Shown here: one piece after another, positions 51,962 to 64,000 of the stretch
Layout: every line of letters starts with the position of its first letter
How positions within the stretch are numbered: the stretch's first letter is position 1
NCBI RefSeq assembly: GCF_006345805.1
Contig: NC_043004.1
Span: 2,480,001-2,544,000 of the forward strand
DNA length: 64,000 nucleotides
Direction: 5' to 3'
Origin: Octopus sinensis
Taxonomy: Eukaryota
The notes under the pieces: model-generated
Database searches by the model: none
The model's input: only the letters and a program-made list of their open reading frames with translations
Told to the model about the DNA's origin: nothing
Made by a program: the position numbers and the translations under genes

Positions 51962-52919
51962 GTATGTATGTATATATTTAATGTGCATGTATGTACATAC
52001 ATATATATTGATATATAAATACATATATGTGTATGTCTATAGATATATATGCGCGTGTGTGCTTGTGTGTATATGTATGTATGTATACGTATGTAAAATC
52101 ACTTACGTCACGCTTTTAATGTTTTGAGATTGCTATTTTAAGAGTATATACATTCACAACATACCAATGTGTAGACACGTATATATAAGCGTGTCAGTGA
52201 GTATATATTTCTTTTATATGCAGATGCACATCTGTTTATGTTCCTCCGCATATTTTTGGAGGGTTTAAATTTTATGTTCGCATAAATTATGCATAAATTA
52301 TGTCTGTAAAAACACTTCTAAATGTTGATTCGAATATAAAGAGAACAGACAAAAATATGCCATCACCGTAATCATTGAACTTAAATTATGCATATTCACT
52401 GAAGAGAGATGAAGAAATGGTATGCGTTAATACTAGTTATCGTTGAGTGTACGTATGTGTGTGTGTGTGTGTATGTTCTTTTGATCCGTGCCTATATTTA
52501 CCAAAATTTTCAGACCTCTATAAACATAATGTGATATTTAAAGAGATTTATGTTCATCTTTAATGAAAGAAATCCACTCTATCAATTCCTTTGGCGAAGA
52601 AATAACAAAAGTCAACAACTATGAAAATAGCCTTATAATGTAAAGCGAAATCTATCGAAGAATATGTAACTGAATCGTATTTCGATTAAGTGTTATGATG
52701 ATAGGTATATACCTAATACACCTACCTGTTGCATGTCCTGTGGATCTGCTAACATTTCAAAAACAGGTGAGGATTTTGAATGTTCGAGAAAAAAATGAGT
52801 CGCGTAACTGTTATTTCACGTGATATTTCTAAACAGAAATGTAGAATAATAGTTGGAAAAAGAAATGTTAGGAAAAAGAAATGTTAACTTATCTGTATGG
52901 TAATTTTCTCTCCGCTAAT

Positions 52920-53510
52920 TAAACATGGCTACCAAAAATTTTACAGTTCCAGTCTTCAAATTAGCTTTTTCCTCTCTGGTTTGAGAAGCCTAATTTCTGA
53001 AGATTGGTATTTAGGCAGAGTGTTACTTATCTCAGGGACCCAATAATTACAGGTATAAATCTGAACTTGTAATCTGGCTAGAGTAACTGCAGATTTCTCA
53101 ATAGTTTAGCATATGTGTTCTTTTTTTCGCTGATCTTCAGCTTTATGTTAACATCCGCTGGGCAGCTAAATTCCACAACTGTACACAGTTTCTTTTCTCT
53201 ATCCCAAATCATTTTATCAGGTCTGTTGTGCTTACATTTTATTGAGGTCTTCACTGGGACATTCCACTGTATTCCTTTTTTATCATGAGTAGTTATCGCT
53301 TCTTACGGGTCTTATATACTGTTGGGTCTTATTTCTTTGTCCTCGGGGTTATCCTTCCGGCGGATCTCGATATAAAATGTCCTAGCTACAATATCATGTC
53401 TCATCGGTAGATAATACCGTGATAGCATTTTTGGACAACTGCTTCTGATGTGGGTGATATCTTCGGTACTAACTCCCAGAAGTCTGCATTGGTTATCACA
53501 TTTTTCTGCT
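52920..53510 (-). mobile_element. R4/Dong-like LINE 3' fragment (CCHC + RLE)
   Basis: CRLLGVSTEDITHIRSSCP..RHDIVA, CKHNRPDKMIWDREKKLCTVVEFSCPADVN..KY-equivalent, FIPVIIGSL. Confidence 0.88.
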
Positions 53511-53628
53511 TTTTCTGTATATATATGCATGTAAGTATGTATGTACGTATGTATGTACGTATCCATGTATGTGTTTATGTATAAACATACTTTTCTATAC
53601 ATCTATACATATGGGTGTATATATGTAG

Positions 53629-53675
<47 letters not shown>

Positions 53676-54121
53676 TTATATACACACATACACACACATA
53701 CATACTTACATTCACACAAACACACACACAAACACACATGACTGAATAAGCGAGCAAAACAGTTTGTTCGAGCTTAAACGAGACGCAGAATCTCAGCAGA
53801 AACTTAACCATATTTGAAAGACCTCTCTATTAGCTATCAAAAAGAAATATGTTTTGGGTGAGTATTGCCGAAAGAGTAACAGTATCTCCAGTGGTCAATT
53901 TCAACAGGGACAGAAGTATCCGAAAAGACGGAGTCACAGCTTCTTTAAACCATTAACAAACATCGGCAATGAGGCGCATCTTCATGGAACAAAGCGGCAC
54001 CAACAACACACGCCTTAGTAATATGCTAAAATGTCCTCAAAACACGTTCATGTGTGCCTCAGCAAACTTCATAGAAACTCTGCCGAGTACGAGCAGCTGT
54101 CATATTGCTCATGTATTCGAT

Positions 54122-54174
<53 letters not shown>

Positions 54175-54175
<1 letters not shown>

Positions 54176-54245
54176 ATTTGTGGTAAGAAGCTTGCTGGTT
54201 CCGGGTTCAGTCCCACTGCGTGGCACCTTGCTGTGGCCTGACCAA
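54175..54245 (+). mobile_element. SINE family B 5' fragment
   Basis: tgtggtaagaagcttgct..ggttccgggttcagtcccactgcgtggcaccttg. Confidence 0.75.
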
Positions 54246-54257
54246 CTATACTCCTCT

Positions 54258-54680
54258 TATTTATATTATTTAGATTTGATGGATATTTGTCCTCATCTAG
54301 TTTGTTGTTAACAAATTGTTTCGGCTGATATACCCCCCAGCCTTCATCGGGTGTCTTGGGGCAATTTCGAACCTGGTTTCTCATTCCTAAGATATTTTTC
54401 GATGTTAATATTATTATTATTCAGGTTAAGGAAAGATAGGAGAATATTTGATTTATAAGCACTAAAATTCACTCTGTAATTGCCCATGGGCATATGGAGG
54501 AGTGGTTGAAAGCTCGGGTTACTGATTCCGAGGTCGATTCCAGATAGTGATCTGAAAAATAGTAGTAATAATAATAATAACATCGAAAAGTACCTTAGGA
54601 ATAAGAACCCAGGTTCAAAGTTTTCTAAAGACACCTGATGAGGACAGATATCCGTCAAATGTAAATAACGTACATAATTC
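54258..54680. mobile_element. Foldback Penelope-like element with hammerhead motif
   Basis: Arms 54258-54420 and 54568-54680 are inverted. Minus strand 54310-54355 reads GACAC-CCGAUGA-A-GGCUG-loop-CAGCC-GAAA-C; the opposite arm retains gacacCTGATGA. Confidence 0.75.
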
Positions 54681-55119
54681 CTCATCTCTTAAATACAGAA
54701 CTGTACGTTCCTCTTCCATCAATTTCGAACCATCCAAGCATTTTCTTCGTATATTTTTCTCCGCCTCTAACTTCACATTTATTCATTTTCAAATTCTGTT
54801 TCGGGGTTAGAAATGCTTTTCATTCTGTATATCACTTTACACAAACACCAAAACTTGACAATATTAAAAGACAACATATAAATTATATATGAAATGTTAA
54901 ACACAAATTCATGCTTCAATGAAATTTAATGATTTAGAAAGAGGATCGTGTGAAATTATATGCAAATTCTTTACGCAGATATACAATTGTATACACACAC
55001 ACACACAGGTAGAGAGACACTCACACCCAAATATATATATGAATATATATATATTCATACATACATACACATACACATTCATAGATGCAGACACATCACG
55101 CATGTATATACATACATAC

Positions 55120-55194
<75 letters not shown>

Positions 55195-55624
55195 CATACA
55201 TACATATGTATATATATACATAAAGATGATATATACAGATATTCACACACGTATGTATATAGATTGAATAAAAATACTTCATACAAAATTACGTAAACCT
55301 AACGGCTATATATAAACCAAATACAACAAAGGTAAACAGTTAATATCTCTACTTGAAGCGCAGGCGCGAGAATGTGTTTATAACTGCATGAGTATAATGA
55401 TAGTTTATTCAAATAAATTATTACATGCTTAGACACACACACACACATACACACATATATACTTGCTTGAATATTTAAAAGAATACGTATGCGTATATAA
55501 ACACCACTCTCACTCTCTCTCTGTTTTCTCTCTCTCCCTTTCTTTCTCTCTCTCACACACACAAAGGCACATACATTCACACATATAAATATGTATGTAT
55601 TTGTGTGTGTGTGTCTGTATGTGT

Positions 55625-55670
55625 AGATAGATTGCTAGATAGACAGATAGATAGAGATTGATAAAGATAG

Positions 55671-55720
<50 letters not shown>

Positions 55721-55767
55721 GTAGGTAGGTAGGTAGGTAGGTAGGTACATAGGTAGATAGATATATG

Positions 55768-55844
<77 letters not shown>

Positions 55845-55845
55845 G

Positions 55846-55892
<47 letters not shown>

Positions 55893-55917
55893 GTAGGTAG
55901 GTAGGTAGGTACATAGG

Positions 55918-55964
<47 letters not shown>

Positions 55965-55981
55965 GTAGGTAGGTAGGTAGG

Positions 55982-56044
<63 letters not shown>

Positions 56045-56058
56045 GTAGATAGATAGAT
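55625..56058. repeat. (GATA)n/(GGTA)n/(GA)n microsatellite
   Basis: Directly visible. Confidence 0.95.
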
Positions 56059-57872
56059 GTGAATATTTATAACCACTAATATCGAAGTTACTCATTTTTA
56101 AATTTCTTATGTATAAGCCTTGAATTCTCTGTGTTTGTGTGTATGTGTGTATGTATGTATGTGTGTGTGTGTGTATGTATGTGTGTGTGTGTGTGTTTCG
56201 TAGTGGGGCCGTCCCTCTCCGTTATATTTGATTGCATGTATGTTTTTGTGTGCAGCTGTTCGTGTTTTTGTGTGTATATGTCAATTTTTGTGCACGTGTG
56301 TATATACATATATGTGTGTGCATGTATGTACGTATGTATATATATATATATATAGCTGTTATTCACCTAAGTTCTTCCGTATACGCACGAATGTGATTAT
56401 GACTTAATGCAAAATATGGTATGGGTGTATATAAAGATAGGTTTTTGGTCTCACAACAATTAAAGTTTAAGCAAACAGATTTATCAGATATTATCATATA
56501 ATTATCTCCAGGCAGAAAATTTGAAAATTGAAGAACTTCGAGTATTTGGAACAAAATTAACTGTATGTGATTTAAATTAGCATATTTTATTGATTTTCCT
56601 ATCATATTTACGTTAGCTGTGTATATTACTTAGTTGCTCTGCGGAATCACATGGCATACTTAGGTACACGAGCTCTTCTAAACCATTCCAACTGCAAACA
56701 AGGTTAAATATATTCACACATTCATGTATTAACACAGTATATTACTGGTTTTCAAATTATCTCACTTGGAACTTGTTTTAAATGGAAAAAATTAATCACA
56801 CCCAGATTTGGCAAACCAGAATCTAACATGTCACACGGTCAGGTATGATGTGTGTGCTCTTGCATGTGTGTGTGTGTGTGTGTGATATGTAAACTATGTA
56901 GTATATATGTATATGTAAGTTTTAAATATTTCTCCATAGACTGAAAACAATTATAAACATCTTTCATCGATTTTTGCTGCTGATTTGGTTCTCGTCAGAA
57001 GTGTCCTCATCAATTTGACCAGACCCAGAGTAACAGCTAGTCTATCTATATAATCAACAAATCCAAGAGTAACAACGAGAGAGCCGGAGAAACTAATTTG
57101 CATAACGTGTTAACACTTTCTTTAATATCATGAGTCTGTCAACGGAGATCTCAGTCCATACAGTATCAAAGTATGATACTATATATGTCAAGTCAGAGAG
57201 ATTCAGACAGACAGACAGAAAGACAGACAGAGAACGAAAGAGAGGCGGGGAACAGAGAGAAAGAGAAAGAGACAAACAGACAGACAAAATACAGCTAGCA
57301 GAAAGAAAAATAGAAAAGAGAACGAGATTACATAGCTTCCGGGTATAGTTATCAACCATTTCAATGAGAATTTCAATACAAATTACCTATATTTATTAAT
57401 CTATAGTTAATGATGTCAGGTTAGAAGGCAAATTAAGAGAGAGGGTCACTCCCCAACTAATTTCGGCCTCTAGATGTGCAGTCTGTTCGGAGTTACTTAT
57501 CGGCTACAGTTACAATATCTTCAACTCCTCCCGAGCAAGCTGGTACTATCTGACCAGTTATACTAATTTCTTGTACTTTTAACCTCATCTCTAATTCTTC
57601 ACGAACCTCTCTTCCCATTTCATTTACCTCCAAATATCGGTCTTTTGGAATTGTCTTCGCACCCAGTGTCTTACAGGTTTTGAATTTTTTTAAATGAGCA
57701 TTTAGCCTCATTAGTCATACGAGTTTTGGAGGACTTACAAAAGCCATAAACCCAGCCCGCAGTCATTTGAATATACTTTATAATAGAGCAACCACGTAGT
57801 TTGTAAGACATGAACAAATACAGACATTCACAAACGCGCGCGCGAGAGTGTATATGTACTTTTGTGCGTAGA

Positions 57873-57905
<33 letters not shown>

Positions 57906-58729
57906 GGTGTGTGTGTGTGTGCGTGTGTGTATGTGAATAACAGAGTTAATTTTTCGAATCTTGAGTAGCATTTCAGTAAACCCAGAATAGAGTAATATCT
58001 TAGAATTATTAACCAATAAGAAAGCCGCTACATAGCTGCGCGGTCCACAAGAAATAGCAACCTAATTCACTACAATCACAACTTTCTACCTTGAAAAAGG
58101 AAAACAAAATAAGAAAGAAACGTTAACATGATGCTGACCTAGATGTATCGCATAGAAGTGTGATGAAATCAGTTACAACATCTGGCATTTTGTTGCTTTT
58201 AGTTAAGTCTAAACCTTAGACCACTTTGACAATAACTCCTCTCAACAGTTCGAGAATCTCTGAAAAAAAATAGTCAGTGGTGAAACTTACTCAGGCTTGT
58301 CTTTAATTCCTTCTTCACTAATGACTGATCCCCTCCCCCTCACAGCCACGTGATGAGCCAAAGGATTCGATTGATTACTTTTGGGTACCATCAGAAAAGA
58401 AATATCGCCAAATGGTACCAAGGTGTATTTCAACCAAATACACTGTGTCACACAACTAAAAGTGGGACAACCAACAAGAAATGACCTCAACAACGCCCTC
58501 TATTCACCTCTGTACCGAATTACTATAAGTTTCTTTACGCTCAGACGATTTCAATTTCATCTTCCTGTCACTGGTTACAGAATAATAAAATACACAATAA
58601 TATCCACTAGTGCGTTATTGTATATTTTATCCATAAAATTCAATACGACATTTTATTCTCTAGTAAAGTGATGCACAAAGATGTTTCCATTCAAGATTTT
58701 TAAAAAAAGCACAGCTCTTGAATGCATTT

Positions 58730-58966
58730 TTTACTCTTTACTCTCTTTTACTCTTTTACTTGTTTCTGTCGTTTGACTGTGGCCATGCTGGAGCACCTTC
58801 TTTAGTCTAGCAAATCGACCACAGGACTTATTCTTTGTAAGCTTAGTACTTATTCTATCGATCTCTTTCGCCGAACCGCAAAGTTACGAGGACGTAAACA
58901 TACCAGCACCGGTTGTCAAGCGATGTTGGGGGATCAAACACAGACACACAAACATACACACACGCA

Positions 58967-59027
<61 letters not shown>

Positions 59028-59200
59028 CATACATATATACGATGGGCTTCTTTCAGTTTCCATCTACCAAATTCACTCACAAGGCTTTGGTCGGCCCGAG
59101 GCTATAGTAGAAGACACTTGTCCAAGGTGCCACGCAGTGGAACTGAACCCGGAACCATGTGGTTGGTTAGCAATTTACTTACCACACAGCCACTCCTACA
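58730..59200 (-). mobile_element. SINE family B full length
   Basis: Reverse complement of 12538-12985, including the (ttttactc)n tail and internal (CA)n(TA)n. Confidence 0.92.
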
Positions 59201-59227
59201 CTGATAAAAAAAATTGCTAGGGTAAAA

Positions 59228-59570
59228 AGGGTAAAGACCCCCTTCGGGAATGAAATACCATGGGATTGTACCTATCTATAAAGTTCCCCTCCAAGGCACA
59301 AGTCTAGGCAAGGTTGTTTAAGGAAGACCAGCAGTCACCCATGCATACCAGACTCCCCATCTCCACGCCACTGATTTTATCCAAGGGAAAGGGAAAGGCC
59401 AATACGACTTAGCACCAGGAACATCGCAATTCATTTTTGCAGCTGAGTGTAGTGGAGCAACAGAAAGTATAGTGTCTTGTTCAAGAACACAACTCACAGC
59501 CCGGTCCGGAAATCGAACTCACTATTTCATGATTGTGAGCCCGGCTCACTAACCACTTGGTCATGTGCCT
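59228..59570 (-). mobile_element. tRNA-derived SINE (family C-related head, different body)
   Basis: Minus head ggcacatgaccaagtggttag..gagttcgatttcc, then gtgttcttgaacaagacact. Confidence 0.75.
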
Positions 59571-60374
59571 TCACAATTTTTTGTATTGTTTACATATATA
59601 CACACGCGCGCGCACACACAAATATTACTGATAGCATAATAATTTATAAACTTTTGAAAGAACGTACAATTATTCTTATTTGGAATTTAACCTCGAAGCA
59701 AATAGAAAGCTATAAGCAACAGCAGAGAAATATTGGTACATGGGTAGAACGCTTGATATGTCTGCAAGAGATGTAGGTTCCAGTCCCACCGACAGCCTCC
59801 GTCTTTTTCGATCCAAAGGGAATTTTTCAATCAAATAGTTAAATGTTGTTATTTGAAGCTTTATATGTATTTCGAGATCCTGTTCCGAAATGAGATATAC
59901 CACATTCTCTCGAAAGTCCATACACTCATATGCAAACAATATACAATTCCCGCTGACAAGAGAAAAGTTTCAAGAATGGAGAAAGTAATTCGAAGATTTG
60001 CCGTGACGTGAGTTCAAATCCCACGATAGCATTTGGCAACTATCCAAAAGAATTTTTCAACATGCTATTACTTTTTACATTATTTGTACATATATTTCTA
60101 TGGAATTTAGAGCAACACCGAAAGTTACGGCTTTATTTCTAGCTTTATATGTGCTTCGAGATCCAATTCCAAGATATATTGTAGATGTATATATATTCAC
60201 CTTTTTCATTCCTTCGATCACAGGGCTGCGGCATTACCATGGCAATATTGCGTATGCACGTATTTTTTGTTCGGTGTCTATATGCATGCATCTATTCTAC
60301 ATACATATACATATATATATGTGTATATATATATAATATATATGCACACACACTTTCCTCTATACAAAAGTAAG

Positions 60375-60413
<39 letters not shown>

Positions 60414-61064
60414 CTTTGTGCATATACATATACACACTGTTAGCTAAATATATTTCCTACTTCAAATTTCATACGCCATTCAGTAAATATTGAAAACCGT
60501 CTTTCAATGTTCTGTTCTGTATATAAGAAGCACAGAATCGGGAAATATGCCCTGACAATTCAATAGACAAAACGGTAATGTCTTGCAGAATTTTTCATTT
60601 TCTTAAGGAAGCCGAGTAAGATTGAAGGAAAACACTTGCTCCACTGAAAGCATTAGAAAATGTGCTTCTTGCTTAATCTCAGTTGAAAACGGATCATTTA
60701 GATAACTTAATTCAATTGTTTATATTCATTGATAACGGTTTGTTTTATTTTCATATTTGTGTTGTAATTCTATCACATATTTTTAATGTGTAGGAACAAT
60801 TTCATCAATAGAACGCTTGTTATTACTTTTTCTTTCCTTTTTTTATTGCTATTTTTTCTTATTTTTCTTAACACAAGCATTGATCATAATATGGAGGAAC
60901 TTAAAACTACTGACAGGAGGGGAAAAAAAGAGCAATATCTAAGGCAAAAACAAACAAGAATTTTAACGAGGGTCAGATAAGAATTCGCATTCTATGAATG
61001 CAAATACATACACACATTCATATATATCTGTGTGCCTCTGTGTGTGCGTGTATATACGAATTTA

Positions 61065-61066
61065 CA

Positions 61067-61121
<55 letters not shown>

Positions 61122-61420
61122 ATAGATATTATATATATATTGCTTAGATAAATATGTTACTGTATGTGTATATATATATATATATATACGCATATGTGCG
61201 CGTGTGCATACACACCACACACAGACATGTATATATACACATACGTAAATATGTATATGTATAGATACATATATATATATATACACATGTAAATACGTAT
61301 ATGTATAGATGTGTGTTTATATACGCCACCTATATATACATATAGATATATATATACATACACGTAAAAATGTGTATCATAGATGTGTATATATACATGT
61401 ATATAAATATATATATATAT

Positions 61421-61464
<44 letters not shown>

Positions 61465-61515
61465 TATATATACTTATATATAGATACATATATATATGTA
61501 TATATATTCATATAT

Positions 61516-61590
<75 letters not shown>
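61065..61590. repeat. (TA)n-rich microsatellite field
   Basis: Directly visible. Confidence 0.95.
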
Positions 61591-61593
<3 letters not shown>

Positions 61594-62058
61594 CATATAA
61601 ATATATTAAAACAACGGAATCTATGCAACGAAAAGAATATCCGAGTATATTAAAAGACAACATTCTCAGCTATTTTGGGCAACTTTATGAACCATTTTCC
61701 AAGTAAGAATATAGAACGTTGTGTTCTTGTGTGTTTTCCGTTTTATTTTTCTGAAATTTTCTTTCTATTCTTTTTTTATTTTTGCAGGCTTGGAGATTTG
61801 GAAGAATTAGTGGTGATGGGTAATTGTGTTATTGGTAGTTTTCTGGAGAGTAATCGATATTTTTGCACCGAATAAGAATGAAGAAAATGCTTATAACACC
61901 AGCAAGACGAACAGCAACAATACAACCCAGGTCACTGGCAAAACATTACCCAGGAAAGTAATAGCTGTTACAATAAGCAAATCTGGAAATAATAATTCCC
62001 CTTCTGAGTTGTCGACGACGATGGTGGTGGTGGTGGTGGTGTTGGTGGTATTAGTGAT

Positions 62059-62290
62059 GGCGGCGAGCTGGCAGAAACGTTAGCACGCCGGGCGAAATGC
62101 CTAACCGTATTTCGTCTACCGTTACGTTCTGAGTTCAAATTCCGCCGAGGTCGACTTTGCCTTTCATCCTTTCGGGGTCGATCAAATAAGTACCATTACG
62201 CACTGGTGGTTGATATAATCGACTAAATCCGTGTATCTGTCCTTGTTTGTCCTCTCTGTGTTTAGCCCCTTGTGGGTAGTAAAAAATAGG
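62059..62290 (+). mobile_element. SINE family A with 14-bp TSD
   Basis: TSD ggtattagtgatgg at 62047-62060 and 62289-62302. Confidence 0.93.
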
Positions 62291-62329
62291 TATTAGTGAT
62301 GGGTGGGGTGGTGGGGGGTTTAGGCAGTT

Positions 62330-62599
62330 GTAGTTAGTGGTAGTGGTTGTGGTAATTGTGGTGGTGGCGGTGATAGAAGTAGTAGTAGTGTTGTTGGTAG
62401 TAATATTATTATTATTATTAGTAGTAGTAGTAGTAGCAGTAGTAATAGTGTTGTTGTTGGGGGGTAGAAGTAGTAGTATTAGTGGTGGTGTTAATATTAG
62501 TGGTAATATCAGTAGTAGTAGTGATAGTAGTAGTAATGGTAGTGGTGCTGGTGGTGGTGATGATAGTACTAGTACCAGCTGCAGCAGCAGTAGTAGTAT

Positions 62600-62646
<47 letters not shown>
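62330..62646. repeat. (GTA/GTG)n trinucleotide tract
   Basis: Directly visible. Confidence 0.93.
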
Positions 62647-63599
62647 TCATGTGATGAGATTTTCCTCTGCTTATTGCACACGCCACAGTTTCGAAATAAT
62701 GTTCGCCTATGACCGAATGATAACAATAGCAACAACAGCAACAACAACGACGATGAGAGGCAGGGTGAATTGTTTTTCGCCACGGGGGCCTCGCATGCGG
62801 AGGATATGCCTTTTGTTGTCTTAGGAGAAGTTAGGAAAAAGCAGAGAAACGAAATACATACCAAAAATTAAAAAAATTAAAAAAAGAAGCGAGAAGAAAC
62901 GAAATATATTTATGTGCTTAAGTAAACGAGTGAGATTAACAGTAACAAGGAACATCAATATGTAGATAACAATAACTAGCAACCGGAGAGAGAGAGAGTT
63001 CCCCCGAAATGGGGGAGTCAACCTTATACGTTGATCCAACGCTAATAACAACACAAACAACGACATTTACTGCAACATTAAACCACAACAAGTTGACACA
63101 GCACTTGAAACATTGACAGGCTTCGTAGAGTCACGTGAAAGACCCTTTTCAGAACAGGCGTCTAAATAGACCTTTTTGTACAGTTTCAACTTGGATATGT
63201 CAATCATTACCCTCCCACCGCACCCTACCTTCAAAATGGACACTTTAACTGCCATCATTCCGCTGAATGATTCATCATTATAATTAGGGCGGTCAGCTTG
63301 TAATGAGCGAGCCTTGATAGCTAAGCAAGAGGAAGAAGGCAGATGGTTGGAGGAAATATCTTTCACCCGCCATATTGTTTATTTATTTTAATGTTTGTTT
63401 CCTTTTTTTTATTTGCGTCTCTCGGTAGGTCAGTTGGCCGGTCGCCGGTCAGTTTTATCAGTCAGTCTGTCCTTTATATATCGGTCGGTCAGTAAAGTCG
63501 ATTAAAACAGACTTGGCGTGAACGAGATATAGAGAGAGGCGGGAGTGGGAGAAACTGACAGGGAGATAGCTGGCAACAGAGGAAAGAGGAAGACAGCGA

Positions 63600-63630
<31 letters not shown>

Positions 63631-64000
63631 GAGGGAAATGATTGGTAGAAGGATGAGGAGAAAGGTGTTTCTAGTTTTCAGTCGTGACAGTTAAGGATAT
63701 ACGGTTTTCTGATAGCCAATCATCAGTTATATATCTTACTTAGTTCAGAAGCTGATATCAAATTCATGTTGGACGTCAAAAATCAAGCATAACTGACAGA
63801 CTCCTTGATAAAGAAGGAACCAAAAAAATGCAATAATAATCGTAGTAGTAGTAGTAGTAGTAGTAAGTAGTAGTAGTAGTAGTAGTCATGGTGAATAATT
63901 ATCAATTTATGATGTCGTAGTAGATTCGTTCGTTGTGTTCTTGCCAGGCAGCCGAACGATGGAAGCTGTAAGTTATTTACGAATTCATTAGCGGTAAACA

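Overview
AT-rich eukaryotic (animal) genomic DNA, intronic or intergenic in character and saturated with microsatellites ((TA)n, (TG)n, (GATA)n, (TACA)n, (AAT)n, (GA)n). The SINE repertoire resembles that of octopus genomes (inference from recalled repeat families, not verified). No intact host protein-coding gene can be identified; almost all tracked ORFs are microsatellite or SINE read-throughs. Supportable content: many tRNA-derived SINEs of at least 3-4 families, several with clear TSDs; a full-length dead mariner, a 3'-truncated mariner, a DD41D-type and a maT/DD37D-like Tc1/mariner relic, and MITEs; three R4/Dong-like RLE LINE fragments; two CR1/Jockey-group LINE 3' ends; a Helitron helicase relic; and an ORF1-only zinc-knuckle element. 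Most notable: (1) several families of short, microsatellite-embedded, often foldback elements carrying minimal Penelope-type hammerhead ribozyme motifs, one with a recurring non-canonical core; (2) a ~2.7 kb near-identical duplication/inversion complex with templated junction inserts around a promoter-like segment (45.6-48.3 kb), which is either very recent or an assembly artefact.
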